NCBI GenBank assembly: GCA_964630205.1
Contig: CAZVTM010000007.1
Coordinates: forward strand, 1 to 63,381
Origin: an uncultured Helicobacter sp.
Lineage (GTDB): Bacteria; Campylobacterota; Campylobacteria; Campylobacterales; UBA6016
Length of the DNA stretch: 63,381 bases
Direction of reading: 5' to 3'
The notes below the pieces were generated by a model that was not told where the DNA came from, did no database searches, and was given only the letters and a program-made list of their open reading frames with translations. Position numbers and translations under genes: made by a program. Shown here piece after piece: positions 19,000 to 29,859 of the stretch (position 1 is its first letter; each line of letters begins with the position of its first letter).

Positions 19000-19968
19000 C
19001 TATTCTAGCTCGTTGAGTATCTCTTTGAAAGCCGCTTCAAACTGTTTTAGCCCATCAGCCAAAAGCTCGTCGCACGTTTTTTCAAAATCTACCCCGACCC
19101 CTTTTAATTCATCAAAAAAAGCGTCTATTTCGCTCTGCGCTACCGGGAGTTTGGCTTTTCTCGTACTGTTTGCCATTGCTGCCGCCACGGTATCGAGAGG
19201 TGCCGTATTGACGGAGTTTGGGGCTATCAGCTCATCCACATAGTAATGTGCAGCGAGGCCGTCCCCTTTTACCCCTGTACTTGCAAACAGGGTTTTAACG
19301 TTTGAAATACTGTAGCTCTCCACCAGATTGTAGTGCGCCGCCGCACCCATCACCCCGACTCTATTTTTGAGATTTTGCGGTAAGGATGGATTGAGAAGCC
19401 TATCAAAACGGCTCACAAACACGGATATTACAAATTTCGCTTTTTTTGCCCCGCTTGCTTTTATGGCGTCCATTACCCCTTTTGTCTGCTCAAGTCCAAA
19501 TATCAAAGTTGCATTGACGTTTATCTCTCTTTTTGCCAACTCCTCGATGATTTTGTATCCCTCTTTTGTGGCGGGAACTTTTATCATGACATTTGGTTCA
19601 TTGATTTCCTCAAATAGCCTTACCCCCTCCGCTACGCTATCCTCTACGGAAGCCGATAAAAACGGGTCTATCTCTATGCTTACAAAACCATCGTCGCCGT
19701 TGTCGTATAAAGGTCTTAGAATCTCGGCCGCTGCTTTGATATCCTCTTTTGCTAGCGTCTCGTACTTCTCTTTTGCACTTTTGCCGTTTAGTTCGGCAAG
19801 CCTTGATTTGTAAGCGGGGCTTGTCAAAATAGCATTTTTAAAAATCGCCGGATTGCTTGTTGCGCCGTTGACTTCACCGTTTTTTATGAGTTTTTTAAAC
19901 TCGTTTTTGATGTAGTCCCTCTCGATAAAATCAAGCCAGAGTGAAAAATTTATATCTTTTACGAACAT
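19000..19968 (-). CDS. tal: Transaldolase
   Basis: LWLDFIER, GATSNPAIF, NVMIKVPAT, NVNATLIF, LFASTGVKG. Confidence 0.95.
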   Translation of the reverse strand: MFVKDINFSLWLDFIERDYIKNEFKKLIKNGEVNGATSNPAIFKNAILTSPAYKSRLAELNGKSAKEKYETLAKEDIKAAAEILRPLYDNGDDGFVSIEIDPFLSASVEDSVAEGVRLFEEINEPNVMIKVPATKEGYKIIEELAKREINVNATLIFGLEQTKGVMDAIKASGAKKAKFVISVFVSRFDRLLNPSLPQNLKNRVGVMGAAAHYNLVESYSISNVKTLFASTGVKGDGLAAHYYVDELIAPNSVNTAPLDTVAAAMANSTRKAKLPVAQSEIDAFFDELKGVGVDFEKTCDELLADGLKQFEAAFKEILNELE

Positions 19969-20061
19969 ACAAAATTGCCTTTTTTATTTTCATTTTAGCA
20001 AAAAAAGTTTTTTTGTTTCTTTCGGTAAAATTAACGATAAAAGCTTGAATTAGGATAGACC

Positions 20062-20823
20062 TTGACACTACAAAAAGGTAAAAAATTTACTGTTATTACC
20101 GCTTATGATGCGCTGTTTGCGAGGCTGATTGCGCCATACGCCGATATGATACTGGTTGGCGATAGCCTTGCCATGAGCTTTGGCGGGCAGAGCGATACGC
20201 TATCCATCGGTATGGATGAGATGATATATCACACAAAAGCGGTTGGCATGGGCGCCCCTGAGGCAAAAATTATTTTTGACATGCCGTTTGGCTCTGAGAC
20301 CGACAAAGAGACGGCTCTAAATAACGCAGTTAGGGCGTACAAAGAGACTAGGGCGTGCTTCGTCAAGATAGAAGGTGGTGCTGAAAAGGCGGAGATCATC
20401 GAGCATTTGGTCAAAAACAAAGTTGCGGTAGTGGGACACATAGGGCTTATGCCCCAGTTTGCCAGAGCCGAGGGTGGCTACAAAGTCAAAGGCAAAAATG
20501 AAGCGGAGATTGAAAAACTACTCCTTGACGCAAAAGCAGTCGAGGCGGCGGGAGCGTCCGCTATCGTAATAGAGGGTGTCAAATCGGAAGTCGCCAAGCA
20601 AATCACGGAGGCGCTCTCCATTCCGACTATCGGCATAGGTGCGGGTGTGGATTGTGACGCACAGGTGCTTGTCTGGTCGGATATGCTTGGGTTTTTTGAG
20701 GAGTTTACGCCGAAATTTGTCCGCAAATACATGGACGGGGCGGCTCTTGCTAAGAGCGCCTTTGAGAAATTCGCAAATGATGTCAAAAACGGTGATTTCC
20801 CGAACGAAAAAGAGAGCTACTAA
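20062..20823 (+). CDS. panB: 3-methyl-2-oxobutanoate hydroxymethyltransferase
   Basis: TAYDA, ILVGDSL, DMPFGS, VKIEGG, GHIGLMPQ, IGIGAG. Confidence 0.96.
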   Translation: MTLQKGKKFTVITAYDALFARLIAPYADMILVGDSLAMSFGGQSDTLSIGMDEMIYHTKAVGMGAPEAKIIFDMPFGSETDKETALNNAVRAYKETRACFVKIEGGAEKAEIIEHLVKNKVAVVGHIGLMPQFARAEGGYKVKGKNEAEIEKLLLDAKAVEAAGASAIVIEGVKSEVAKQITEALSIPTIGIGAGVDCDAQVLVWSDMLGFFEEFTPKFVRKYMDGAALAKSAFEKFANDVKNGDFPNEKESY

Positions 20824-21840
20824 GTGGAGCGAATTGTAGAGGTCGAAAAATTCGAGTTTGAAAACGAACTCGAAAAGAGCCTTAGACCCTCGGCATGGGA
20901 TGACTACATCGGGCAGGAAAAAATCAAAAAAGTGCTCAATATCTCGATAGAGGCGTCAAAAAAACGCTCAGAGCCGCTAGACCACGCTCTATTTTTTGGC
21001 CCTCCTGGGCTTGGCAAGACTACGATGGCTGGACTCATAGCCACGAGAATGGAGGCAAACCTTAAAGTCACGGCGGGACCGATGATAGAAAAAAGCGGAG
21101 ATTTGGCGGCGATACTTACAAATCTGAGTGAGGGGGATGTGCTATTTATCGACGAGATACATAGGCTCTCCTCTGCAATAGAGGAGGTGCTCTATTCGGC
21201 GATGGAGGATTTTCGTCTTGACATCGTGATAGGTAGCGGTCCTGCGGCGCAGACGGTGAAGATAGATATTCCGAGATTTACCCTCATAGGTGCTACAACG
21301 AGGGTGGGAATGCTCTCTTCTCCACTTAGAGATAGGTTTGGAATGCACTTTCGGATGCAGTTTTATGATCACTCCGAGCTCTCCCGTATAGTTCAAAATG
21401 CGGGGGTAAAGCTGGGTAAACCGTGCAACGACAAAGCGGCTCTCGAAATTGCCTCTCGCTCACGGGGTACGCCTAGGATAGCGTTGAGACTTTTAAAGAG
21501 GGTGCGGGACTTTTCGGATTATAAAAATGAAGACACGGTAACGCCGAAAACCGCAAAAGAGGCGCTAGATGAGCTAGGGATCAACGAACACGGCTTTGAT
21601 GAGATGGATATGAAATTGCTATCACTTCTAGCGGAGTCCGGCGGCAAGCCGATAGGGCTAAATACATTGTCCGCCGCTCTTAGCGAAGATGCCGATACGA
21701 TAGAGGATGTGTACGAGCCTTACCTCTTGGCCAACGGCTTTTTGGAGCGGACAGCTAGAGGCAGAATGGCTACACACAAGACATTTGACGCACTTGGGCT
21801 ACCGAGGGTGCAAAATCAAAATATATTTGAGCTGGATTAG
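20824..21840 (+). CDS. ruvB: Holliday junction branch migration helicase RuvB
   Basis: [39 protein letters not shown]. Confidence 0.97.
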   Translation: MERIVEVEKFEFENELEKSLRPSAWDDYIGQEKIKKVLNISIEASKKRSEPLDHALFFGPPGLGKTTMAGLIATRMEANLKVTAGPMIEKSGDLAAILTNLSEGDVLFIDEIHRLSSAIEEVLYSAMEDFRLDIVIGSGPAAQTVKIDIPRFTLIGATTRVGMLSSPLRDRFGMHFRMQFYDHSELSRIVQNAGVKLGKPCNDKAALEIASRSRGTPRIALRLLKRVRDFSDYKNEDTVTPKTAKEALDELGINEHGFDEMDMKLLSLLAESGGKPIGLNTLSAALSEDADTIEDVYEPYLLANGFLERTARGRMATHKTFDALGLPRVQNQNIFELD

Positions 21841-21844
21841 ATAG

Positions 21845-22906
21845 ATGATTAGCCCTATTAACTTTTTGCATATAGTTTTTATCATTGCCATTTATTGGAT
21901 AGGGGTGCTCTATCACTCGTTTTTGCTCGACATCGTCATAGCAGGGCTTCTCTCCATTGCCACATCGGCGACGAATTACAAGCTAACTTTACGGTTTCAT
22001 AGCTCGATGCTTGCATCACTCTTTTTGACCGTGCTTCTTGCGGCGTTTGTCCTTATTCCGATGGTCTACTTTGTCTTCAAAATAGCAGAGATTTTGCAAA
22101 GCGTAGATATGGCGTTTTTTGAGCGGATAAAAAATCTTTTTGTCCTCAATATTCAAACACTCGATATGCTACCGCTCCAGTACAAAGATATGATAATCAA
22201 CTATCTGCACGGCGTCAGATACGAGGACTACATCGGTCGAGGTTTTGAGATGTTGGAGCGAGTGGGGCAAGGAAGCCTTAGATTTTTGTCGAATATGCTC
22301 CTTATTTTGATTTTTTACTTTTTTGCAAACCTTTACGGCAAGCAGATTTTGCTATTTTTCAAACGAGTGTTGCCGCTTAAAGGCGAAGATAGCCAGATGA
22401 TATTTGACGAGATGGGACAGACTATGAGCGTCGTCCTTTACTCCACCCTTTTTAATGCGATATTCCAAGGGGTACTCTTTTCGCTCGTGGCTTGGTATCT
22501 AGGCTATGACCCGTTTTTTATGGGGATAGCGTATAGCTTTGCCTCTCTCGTTCCGGTGATAGGTGGCGCTATCATGTGGGTGCCTGTGGCGATATATGAG
22601 TTTTCCATCGGCAATACCGCAAATGCAGTAATAGTGGCGCTGTACACCATAGTCGTTATCTCGGTCGTTGCCGATACTTTCATAAAGCCGGTTATCATCG
22701 ACTTTATTAGCAAATATCTAGTGCGCACCCAGACAAAACCAAACTCTCTACTCATATTTTTTGCGATTTTGGCGGGTATGTCCACTTACGGCTTTTGGGG
22801 AATTATCCTCGGTCCTGCGGTCACGGCGCTGTTTATTTCGCTACTAAAAATTTACGATACGCTCAAAAGAAACAAACAAGACGACTTTGACGGGCTCAAA
22901 CCCTAA
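21845..22906 (+). CDS. AI-2E family transporter (AmaA/PerM-like)
   Basis: Multi-TM protein; SLVPVIGGAIMWVP, ADTFIKP and FGFWGIILGP-type motifs; follows ruvB as in C. jejuni. Confidence 0.85.
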   Translation: MISPINFLHIVFIIAIYWIGVLYHSFLLDIVIAGLLSIATSATNYKLTLRFHSSMLASLFLTVLLAAFVLIPMVYFVFKIAEILQSVDMAFFERIKNLFVLNIQTLDMLPLQYKDMIINYLHGVRYEDYIGRGFEMLERVGQGSLRFLSNMLLILIFYFFANLYGKQILLFFKRVLPLKGEDSQMIFDEMGQTMSVVLYSTLFNAIFQGVLFSLVAWYLGYDPFFMGIAYSFASLVPVIGGAIMWVPVAIYEFSIGNTANAVIVALYTIVVISVVADTFIKPVIIDFISKYLVRTQTKPNSLLIFFAILAGMSTYGFWGIILGPAVTALFISLLKIYDTLKRNKQDDFDGLKP

Positions 22907-22920
22907 CCGTTTAAACGGTT
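22905..22920. repeat. Perfect 16-bp palindrome AACCGTTTAAACGGTT followed by a T run (possible terminator or operator)
   Basis: Read directly; it starts within the stop codon of the AI-2E gene. Confidence 0.7.
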
Positions 22921-22942
22921 TTTCGTAATAATTTCGTAATAA
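22921..22942. repeat. Exact 11-bp tandem duplication (TTTCGTAATAA)x2
   Basis: Read directly, between the palindrome and the lysA start. Confidence 0.8.
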
Positions 22943-22976
22943 ATTTATCAATTTTTTTGCACCAAAAGAGGATGTT

Positions 22977-24179
22977 ATGGATTTTTCAACACTCGCCGCA
23001 ACATACGGCACACCGCTATATGTATACGATTTTGACCACATGAAAAGCAGATATGAGGAGCTAAAAGAGGCGTTTGCCGCTAGAAAATCACTCATTTGCT
23101 ACGCCGTAAAAGCAAACTCAAACCTAAGCGTTATCAAACTATTCGCCGACCTCGGAGCGGGGGCTGACTGCGTGTCTATAGGCGAAGTAAGAAGAGCTTT
23201 GATGGCTGGGGTACCGAAATACAAGATAATATATTCCGGTGTTGGCAAAAGAGACGACGAGATAAAAGAGGCACTTGAGCATGACATCTTGTTTATTAAC
23301 CTTGAGAGTGAAGCGGAGATGCTCCGTGTTGAGATGATAGCAAAAGATATGGGGATAAAAGCCCGTATAAGCATCCGTGTCAATCCAGATATTGACCCGA
23401 AAACCCATCCGTATATCTCGACAGGGCTTACCGAAAATAAATTCGGCGTTGATATAGAGGTTGCCAAAAAAATGTACATATATGCCGCAAAAAGCTCGCA
23501 TTTGGAGCCTGTTGGGGTGCATTTTCACATAGGAAGCCAGTTAACCGACCTTGAGCCTATCTATGAAGCGGCGCAAAAAGTTTCAGAACTTCTAAAAGCC
23601 CTTTTGGCTCTAAAAATAAATATTAAGTTTTTCGATGTCGGCGGCGGGCTTGGCGTCGTGTACGACAATGAAGAGACTATACCTCCATACAACTATGCGC
23701 AGGTCATCCTCTCCACGCTGACAGGTACCGATGTGACTATCGTGTGCGAGCCGGGCAGGTTTATGACGGCAAACGGTGGATATTTCCTAACAAAAGTGCT
23801 GTACGAAAAATACAGCAAAGAAAAACGGTTTGTTATCGTGGACGGCGCCATGAACGACCTTATCCGCCCTACTTTGTACGAGGCGTTTCACGGCGTAGAG
23901 GTAGTCGGCAAAGATACCGTGAAATCAAAAGCGGACATAGTGGGTCCAGTGTGCGAGAGCGGTGACTTTTTTGCCAAAGATGAAGAGATAGCCGAGACGG
24001 CGCACGGAGACCTTGTGGTGATAAAAAGTGCGGGTTCATATGGATTTTCTATGAGCTCAAACTACAATAGCCGCCCAAGAACTGCAGAAGTTGCGGTGGA
24101 AGACGGTAAACACAGAATAATAAGACAAAGAGAGAGCTTTGAAGACCTCATTGCTCTGGAAAAAGATTTTTTGAAATAA
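22977..24179 (+). CDS. lysA: Diaminopimelate decarboxylase
   Basis: YGTPLYVYD, YAVKANSN (PLP Lys), HFHIGSQ, DVGGGLG, EPGR, GPVCESGD. Confidence 0.97.
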   Translation: MDFSTLAATYGTPLYVYDFDHMKSRYEELKEAFAARKSLICYAVKANSNLSVIKLFADLGAGADCVSIGEVRRALMAGVPKYKIIYSGVGKRDDEIKEALEHDILFINLESEAEMLRVEMIAKDMGIKARISIRVNPDIDPKTHPYISTGLTENKFGVDIEVAKKMYIYAAKSSHLEPVGVHFHIGSQLTDLEPIYEAAQKVSELLKALLALKINIKFFDVGGGLGVVYDNEETIPPYNYAQVILSTLTGTDVTIVCEPGRFMTANGGYFLTKVLYEKYSKEKRFVIVDGAMNDLIRPTLYEAFHGVEVVGKDTVKSKADIVGPVCESGDFFAKDEEIAETAHGDLVVIKSAGSYGFSMSSNYNSRPRTAEVAVEDGKHRIIRQRESFEDLIALEKDFLK

Positions 24180-24189
24180 GTGAGCAAAG

Positions 24190-24951
24190 TTGTACCTGAT
24201 AGATATCCAAGGAACGCTGATAGACGATAAAAAAAGAGAGCCGATACCGGGGGCGATAGAGTTTATCGACGATTTGAACAAAAAAAAGATTCCGTATACG
24301 CTAATCACCAATAACACAAAATTCTCATCCGATGAGTTTAAAAGCTATCTCAGGGGGCTTGGGTTTAGCTTTGACGATAAGGCATACATAGACCCTCTCA
24401 TGTGCCTCAAAAGCTATGTTGGTAACAAAACGATAGCGGCGATAGGTAACGATAATTTTATAGAGGCTCTCAAAGAACAAGGGTATGTTTTTAGCAAAAG
24501 CCCCGATTTTTTGGTAATATCGCTCAAAGAAAATCTTTCGTACGATGATATGGCGACAGCCGTGGAGACGATACAAAACGGTGCAAAGCTCATTGCGATG
24601 CACGCCACGGCGATATACGCAAAAAACGGGCGCAAATATCCGGGGCTAGGCGCTATAGCCAAGGCTTTGGAGTTTGCCACGGGGGTGAAGGCAAAGACGG
24701 TCGGCAAGCCGAGTAGCGATTTTTACAAAAAGGCTCTATCAATGCTAGGCTCAAAAGGCAAGGACGAAGTGACGGTCATTAGCGACGATGCGATAGGCGA
24801 CCTCATCGGAGCAAAACAGATGGGCATGAAAACGGTGCTGGTACTAAGCGGCAAGTATGACAAAAAAGAGCAGATACTCCCGTTTCTCAAAAGCTGTGAA
24901 CTCCCCGACGCCGTATACCAAAGCGTAGCAGATATAAGGATGGGCGCATGA
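24190..24951 (+). CDS. HAD-superfamily hydrolase, subfamily IIA
   Basis: DIQGTL motif I variant, ITNNT, VGKPS, ISDDAIGDLIGA, VLVLSGKY; same position as C. jejuni Cj0315. Confidence 0.87.
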   Translation: MYLIDIQGTLIDDKKREPIPGAIEFIDDLNKKKIPYTLITNNTKFSSDEFKSYLRGLGFSFDDKAYIDPLMCLKSYVGNKTIAAIGNDNFIEALKEQGYVFSKSPDFLVISLKENLSYDDMATAVETIQNGAKLIAMHATAIYAKNGRKYPGLGAIAKALEFATGVKAKTVGKPSSDFYKKALSMLGSKGKDEVTVISDDAIGDLIGAKQMGMKTVLVLSGKYDKKEQILPFLKSCELPDAVYQSVADIRMGA

Positions 24952-26021
24952 GCGGACTTGCAGAGATAAGAGTAAAGATAGACGCAATAGACGACAAATT
25001 ACTAACGCTCCTTAATGAGCGGATGGAACTTGTCAAAGAGGTCGGGCGAATCAAACACTCAAGCGATGACAAGAGTATCTATAGACCGGAACGCGAAAAA
25101 GAGATATTAACTAGACTTTCAAAGCAGAGCAGAGAGAGTGGCGGCGCATTGACCCCGGAGGCTATCGAGGCGATATTTTTGGAGATTTTTGCGGTCTCTC
25201 GTAACATAGAAAAGCCTGAAACGGTAGCGTATCTGGGGCCTGAGGGGACATTTACCCATCAGGCGGCGGAGAGTAGATTTGGTCAAATATCAGAATACCT
25301 ACCGATGGGTACGATAGCCTCCGTATTTCGTGCGGTGGAGAGCAAAAAAGCAAAATACGGCGTCATCCCGATAGAAAACAACATAGAAGGGATAGTGGGC
25401 GAGTCCATAGACCTTTTGGGGCGAAGCGACCTGCGAATAGTTGCCGAGATGTCTATGAAAATTAGCCACTCCTTGGCGTCAAGAGCTTCGCATCTATCAC
25501 AGATAAAAAAAATATACTCCAAAGATGTCGCATTCGGTCAATGTGGAGAGTTTCTCCGTGAGAGCGGGCTTGACGGCGTGCAGCTAATCCCTATTGCCTC
25601 AACGGCAAAAGCGGCGCAACTTGCAAGCGAAGATGAGACGAGCGCGGCGATTTGTTCGCACATAGCGGCAAAGCTATATAATTTGCCGGTAATGTATGAG
25701 CACATAGAAGACAATGCGCATAATGAGACGAGATTTGTAATCGTCAGTGATTTTGAAAACGCCGTTAGCGGCAACGATAAAACATCGGTTTTGGTTCATC
25801 TTGATAATACTCCGGGGGCTCTTGCGAAGTTTTTGTCGTCGTTTGAAAAAGCCGGTATCAATCTCTCGAAAATAGAGTCCAGACCGGCAAAAGACGAGGG
25901 GTTCAGCTATATTTTTTATATAGATTTTGACGGGCATATCAAGGATGCAAAAGTGCAAAAAGCGTTAGAGGGGTTTGAGGATAAAATCAAATGGCTCGGT
26001 AGTTTCGTAAAGGGAATATAA
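24948..26021 (+). CDS. pheA: Chorismate mutase / prephenate dehydratase
   Basis: [48 protein letters not shown]. Confidence 0.96.
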   Translation: MSGLAEIRVKIDAIDDKLLTLLNERMELVKEVGRIKHSSDDKSIYRPEREKEILTRLSKQSRESGGALTPEAIEAIFLEIFAVSRNIEKPETVAYLGPEGTFTHQAAESRFGQISEYLPMGTIASVFRAVESKKAKYGVIPIENNIEGIVGESIDLLGRSDLRIVAEMSMKISHSLASRASHLSQIKKIYSKDVAFGQCGEFLRESGLDGVQLIPIASTAKAAQLASEDETSAAICSHIAAKLYNLPVMYEHIEDNAHNETRFVIVSDFENAVSGNDKTSVLVHLDNTPGALAKFLSSFEKAGINLSKIESRPAKDEGFSYIFYIDFDGHIKDAKVQKALEGFEDKIKWLGSFVKGI

Positions 26022-27115
26022 TGAAATTTAACGAAAATTTAGAAAATTTAAAAGTATATGAAGCCGGTAAGCCGATAGAGCTTGTGGTTAGAGAGTTTGG
26101 GATAGAGCCGAAAGATGTGGTGAAGCTCGCAAGCAACGAAAATCCAAACGGTACTTCACCGAAGGTTGTGGAAGCGGTAAGGGATTTCGCGACAAAAATG
26201 TGCCTATATCCGGACGATAGCTACTTTGAACTCAAAGACGCTCTGTCTGCAAAATTCGGCGTTGAGGGTAAAAATATCATAATGGGCGCAGGAAGCGACC
26301 AAGTGCTGGAGTTTGCCACAAAGGCAAAGCTAAAAGAGGGTGATAGCGTCCTTATGAACAAAGTCACTTTCGCAATGTATGAGATATACGCCAAGATGTG
26401 TGGAGCTGGGATCGTAAGAACCGACGGACTCCTTCACAATGTCCAACAATTTAAAACAACTTATGATAAACTCAAACCAAGCATTGTGTTTATCTGTGTT
26501 CCAAATAACCCGCTCGGTGAATGTATCACAAGAGCCGAAGTTTACGATATTCTCTCATACATTGACAAAGATACTCTGGCGGTCGTCGATTGTGCCTATA
26601 TGGAATATGCCGCCTATAAAGATGAGGCGGTCAAGATAGAGCCGAAAGAGCTGATAGAGAAGTTTCCAAATGCGGTGTATCTGGGCACATTCTCAAAGGC
26701 ATACGGGCTTGGCGGTATGAGGGTCGGCTACGGTATCGGCGAAGAGGGCGTTATAAAAGCGTTTTACAAAGTAAGACCTCCGTTTAATGTGGCGAATTTG
26801 TCGGCTTGCGCCGCTTTGGCCGCTCTCAAAGATGAAGAGTTTGTAGAGAAAAGTATCGCTCTTAACTTTTCCGAGATGAAAAGATACGAAGAGTTCGCCG
26901 CAGCTAACGGGATAGAGACGATAGATAGCTACACTAATTTTATTACCTACTTTTTTAAGGAGAAATCCTCCAAAGAGATTGCCGATAAACTCTTGAGAAA
27001 AGGTGTTATCGTGAGAGATTTGACCAGCTATGCACTCAACGGTATCAGGGTTACGATAGGCACAAAAGAACAAAACGACAGATTCTTTGATGAATTTAAA
27101 AAGGTTTACTCTTAA
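26021..27115 (+). CDS. hisC: Histidinol-phosphate aminotransferase
   Basis: [33 protein letters not shown]. Confidence 0.95.
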   Translation: MKFNENLENLKVYEAGKPIELVVREFGIEPKDVVKLASNENPNGTSPKVVEAVRDFATKMCLYPDDSYFELKDALSAKFGVEGKNIIMGAGSDQVLEFATKAKLKEGDSVLMNKVTFAMYEIYAKMCGAGIVRTDGLLHNVQQFKTTYDKLKPSIVFICVPNNPLGECITRAEVYDILSYIDKDTLAVVDCAYMEYAAYKDEAVKIEPKELIEKFPNAVYLGTFSKAYGLGGMRVGYGIGEEGVIKAFYKVRPPFNVANLSACAALAALKDEEFVEKSIALNFSEMKRYEEFAAANGIETIDSYTNFITYFFKEKSSKEIADKLLRKGVIVRDLTSYALNGIRVTIGTKEQNDRFFDEFKKVYS

Positions 27116-27118
27116 CAG

Positions 27119-28831
27119 ATGGATATACAAGCCCTAGTAGCGCAGATTAGCGAGCTTTTAAAAAAGCTTAATACGAAGCAAAAGATTGTTATTGCCTCTA
27201 CGCTAGTGGCTGTAATCGCCCTTGTGATGTTCCTTGTCGTGTTTAACGTCAACGGCAAAAAAGCAGATGACGGATACAGGGTGATGTTTGAAAACATAGC
27301 CCCAAAAGATGCCGGACTCATCGTAGCTGAGCTCGATAAGCAAAAAATTCCGTACAGAATTCCAAGAGACGGCGTCATAGAAGTGCCGGAAGACAAAGTA
27401 AATAAACTAAGGCTTGACGTTGCAGCTATGGGGCTACCGAAGGATTCAAGGGTTGGTTTTGAGCTGTTTGACAAACAGGAGTTTGGTGCAACGGACTTTG
27501 ACCAACAAGTAAAATACAACAGAGCGCTAGAGGGTGAGCTATCCAAAACTGTCGAGAGTATCAGCGCCGTACAAAAAGCGGTTGTTCATATAGCCAGACC
27601 AAAAGAGTCACTGTTTGCAGAAAAAGACACACCCCCTACCGGATCGGTAGTGATTACCCTCAAGCCAAACATGGTTCTTACTCCAAAGCAAATTATGGGC
27701 GTGAAGAATTTGGTTGCCGCAAGTGTGACCAAAATGACTCCTGAAAACGTCAAAATAGTCAACGAAAACGGTGATTTGCTAGGTAGTGACGACGAGGATA
27801 CGGTTGCCGGAGAAGCTGCAAAACAGCAGATGAAATATAAAAAAGATTTTGAAAAGCTATATGAAGAGAAAATAACCAATATGTTGGCTCCTGTAATAGG
27901 GGGTTCAGATAGGGTCGTCGCCAAAGTTACCGTTGATTTTGACTTTTCTAAAAAAGAGACTACAAGCGAGAGTTTTGACCCAAATAGTGTGGTTAGAAGC
28001 GAGCAAACATCCGAGGAAAAAAGAGAAGGATTTAAGCAGCCTGAAATCGGTGGTGTACCGGGCGCCGTTAGTAATATAGGTCCTGTCCAGGGGATAGAGA
28101 GCGGTAATGCGACAGAAAAATATAGCAAGTCTACCGGTACGACGAATTATGAAATATCAAAGACTGTTTCAAACGTCAAAGGGGAGTATGCCACCATCAA
28201 GAGGATTACAGCCGCTGTTGTTGTGGACGGTAGATATGTGGCTGATGAGCAAAAAGGCGGAGAGCTTGTTTATAAAGCACTTGACAACGCCGAGCTTGAT
28301 AAAATCAATGCCCTTGTTAAGCAAGCGGTAGGCTATGAGCAAAAAAGGGGAGATGAGGTCAGCGTCTCAAACTTTAGATTCAATCCTGGTTCTGGAGGCA
28401 AAGCGGGCGGTATCAAAGGGGCTATGGAAGAGTATGGCTATATAATAGGTCCTGCTACAAATGTTTTAAAATACATTATAGCCGCGGTCGTCTTGTTTGT
28501 TCTATATAAAAAAGTTATTGCTCCTTTTGCCGAGAGAATGCTTGAAATTCCTACGGAAGAGGCTATGCAAAAGCCAAAAGAGTTCGTGTTTGACGAAGAG
28601 GAGCTAGAGGATACACATGGTAAGCTCGCCGAGATGCGAAAAAGGGTGGAGCAGCAGCTTGGCATATCGGGTCCATTTAACGAAGAGTCTCTTAAATATG
28701 ACGTATTACTTGAGAAAATGAAAACCGCCGCAGAGGAACATACGGAAGATATATCCAATCTTCTTGAAACGTTGGTCGTTGACGAAACCGCCGCACAGAA
28801 TCCTATAGGCTCTATGAAGAAGGAGTTATAA
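27119..28831 (+). CDS. fliF: Flagellar MS-ring protein
   Basis: VGFELFDKQEFGATDFDQ, RALEGELSKT, IGGVPGAVSN. Confidence 0.96.
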   Translation: MDIQALVAQISELLKKLNTKQKIVIASTLVAVIALVMFLVVFNVNGKKADDGYRVMFENIAPKDAGLIVAELDKQKIPYRIPRDGVIEVPEDKVNKLRLDVAAMGLPKDSRVGFELFDKQEFGATDFDQQVKYNRALEGELSKTVESISAVQKAVVHIARPKESLFAEKDTPPTGSVVITLKPNMVLTPKQIMGVKNLVAASVTKMTPENVKIVNENGDLLGSDDEDTVAGEAAKQQMKYKKDFEKLYEEKITNMLAPVIGGSDRVVAKVTVDFDFSKKETTSESFDPNSVVRSEQTSEEKREGFKQPEIGGVPGAVSNIGPVQGIESGNATEKYSKSTGTTNYEISKTVSNVKGEYATIKRITAAVVVDGRYVADEQKGGELVYKALDNAELDKINALVKQAVGYEQKRGDEVSVSNFRFNPGSGGKAGGIKGAMEEYGYIIGPATNVLKYIIAAVVLFVLYKKVIAPFAERMLEIPTEEAMQKPKEFVFDEEELEDTHGKLAEMRKRVEQQLGISGPFNEESLKYDVLLEKMKTAAEEHTEDISNLLETLVVDETAAQNPIGSMKKEL

Positions 28832-28832
28832 A

Positions 28833-29858
28833 ATGATTTTACCTCCGCAGCTCCAGTCGCAATATGACGAACTTTCTATGTCCGAGAAAGTCGCAATATT
28901 TCTAAACTTGCTTGGCGAAGATATTACGGCACAGCTCTTTTCTCATATGAGCATTGACGCCATCACGCAAATATCCAAATATATAGCCAGAAGCTCTACT
29001 GTTGACAAGCAAGTTGCCACGGCGATACTAGAAGAGTTTCATGCCATCATGCAGTCAAACAAATACATCTCATCAGGCGGTATGGAATACGCCAAAGAGA
29101 TACTATTCAAGGCTCTTGGGCCGGAAGAGGCAAAAAAAGTTCTCGACAAGCTTGCAAAAAGTATGCAAAGCGGCCAAAACTTTGCATTCTTGTCAAAAAT
29201 CAAACCTCAACAGCTTGCCGACTTTATCGTCAATGAGCATCCTCAAACGGTTGCGCTCATCCTTGCCCATATGGACGCTACGGGCGCAGCCGAGACTCTT
29301 AGCCGTTTCCCTGACGATTTGAGGGCAGAGGTTGCGATGAGAATGGCAAATCTAGGTGATATCTCTCCGACTATTATCAAAAGGGTTTCGACGATACTAG
29401 AGAACAAACTAGAGAGCCTCACGTCTTACAAGGTCGAGGTCGGAGGACCGAGGGCAGTTGCCGACATATTCAATAGATTGTCCCAGAAAAATGCAAAAGC
29501 GACAATCTCTTATATAGAGCAGGCAGACGAAAGCCTTGCAAATGCGATTAAGGATATGATGTTTACATTTGAGGACATCTCAAAGCTCGACTCCAAAGCA
29601 ATTCAGGAAATCCTCAAGGGCGTGGACAAAAAAGACCTTGTGCTTGCACTCAAAACGGCATCGGAAGAGATGAAAGAGAAAGTAATGACCAATATGTCCA
29701 AAAAAGCAGCGGAGGCGCTACTAGAAGAGCTGCAATTCCTTGGCGCTGTCAAGCTAAAAGAGGTGGAAGGCGCGCAAAGAAGAGTTGTCGAGGCTGTACA
29801 AAAACTAGTTGAGCAAGGCGTTATCCAGCTAGGCGAAGCAGAAGAGACGGTGGTGTGA
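28833..29858 (+). CDS. fliG: Flagellar motor switch protein
   Basis: GGMEYAKEIL, EHPQTVALIL, VGGPRAVADI, MFTFEDI. Confidence 0.97.
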   Translation: MILPPQLQSQYDELSMSEKVAIFLNLLGEDITAQLFSHMSIDAITQISKYIARSSTVDKQVATAILEEFHAIMQSNKYISSGGMEYAKEILFKALGPEEAKKVLDKLAKSMQSGQNFAFLSKIKPQQLADFIVNEHPQTVALILAHMDATGAAETLSRFPDDLRAEVAMRMANLGDISPTIIKRVSTILENKLESLTSYKVEVGGPRAVADIFNRLSQKNAKATISYIEQADESLANAIKDMMFTFEDISKLDSKAIQEILKGVDKKDLVLALKTASEEMKEKVMTNMSKKAAEALLEELQFLGAVKLKEVEGAQRRVVEAVQKLVEQGVIQLGEAEETVV

Positions 29859-29859
29859 T

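Noticed and set aside
22907-22976. Lysine riboswitch before lysA
   Set aside because: Only 70 bp are available, far too short for the lysine aptamer.
27112-28758. Long antisense or alternative-frame ORFs over fliF (27112-27546, 27586-28128, 28438-28758)
   Set aside because: Ser/Leu/Phe-rich shadow ORFs of a well-supported gene, with no motifs or SD.
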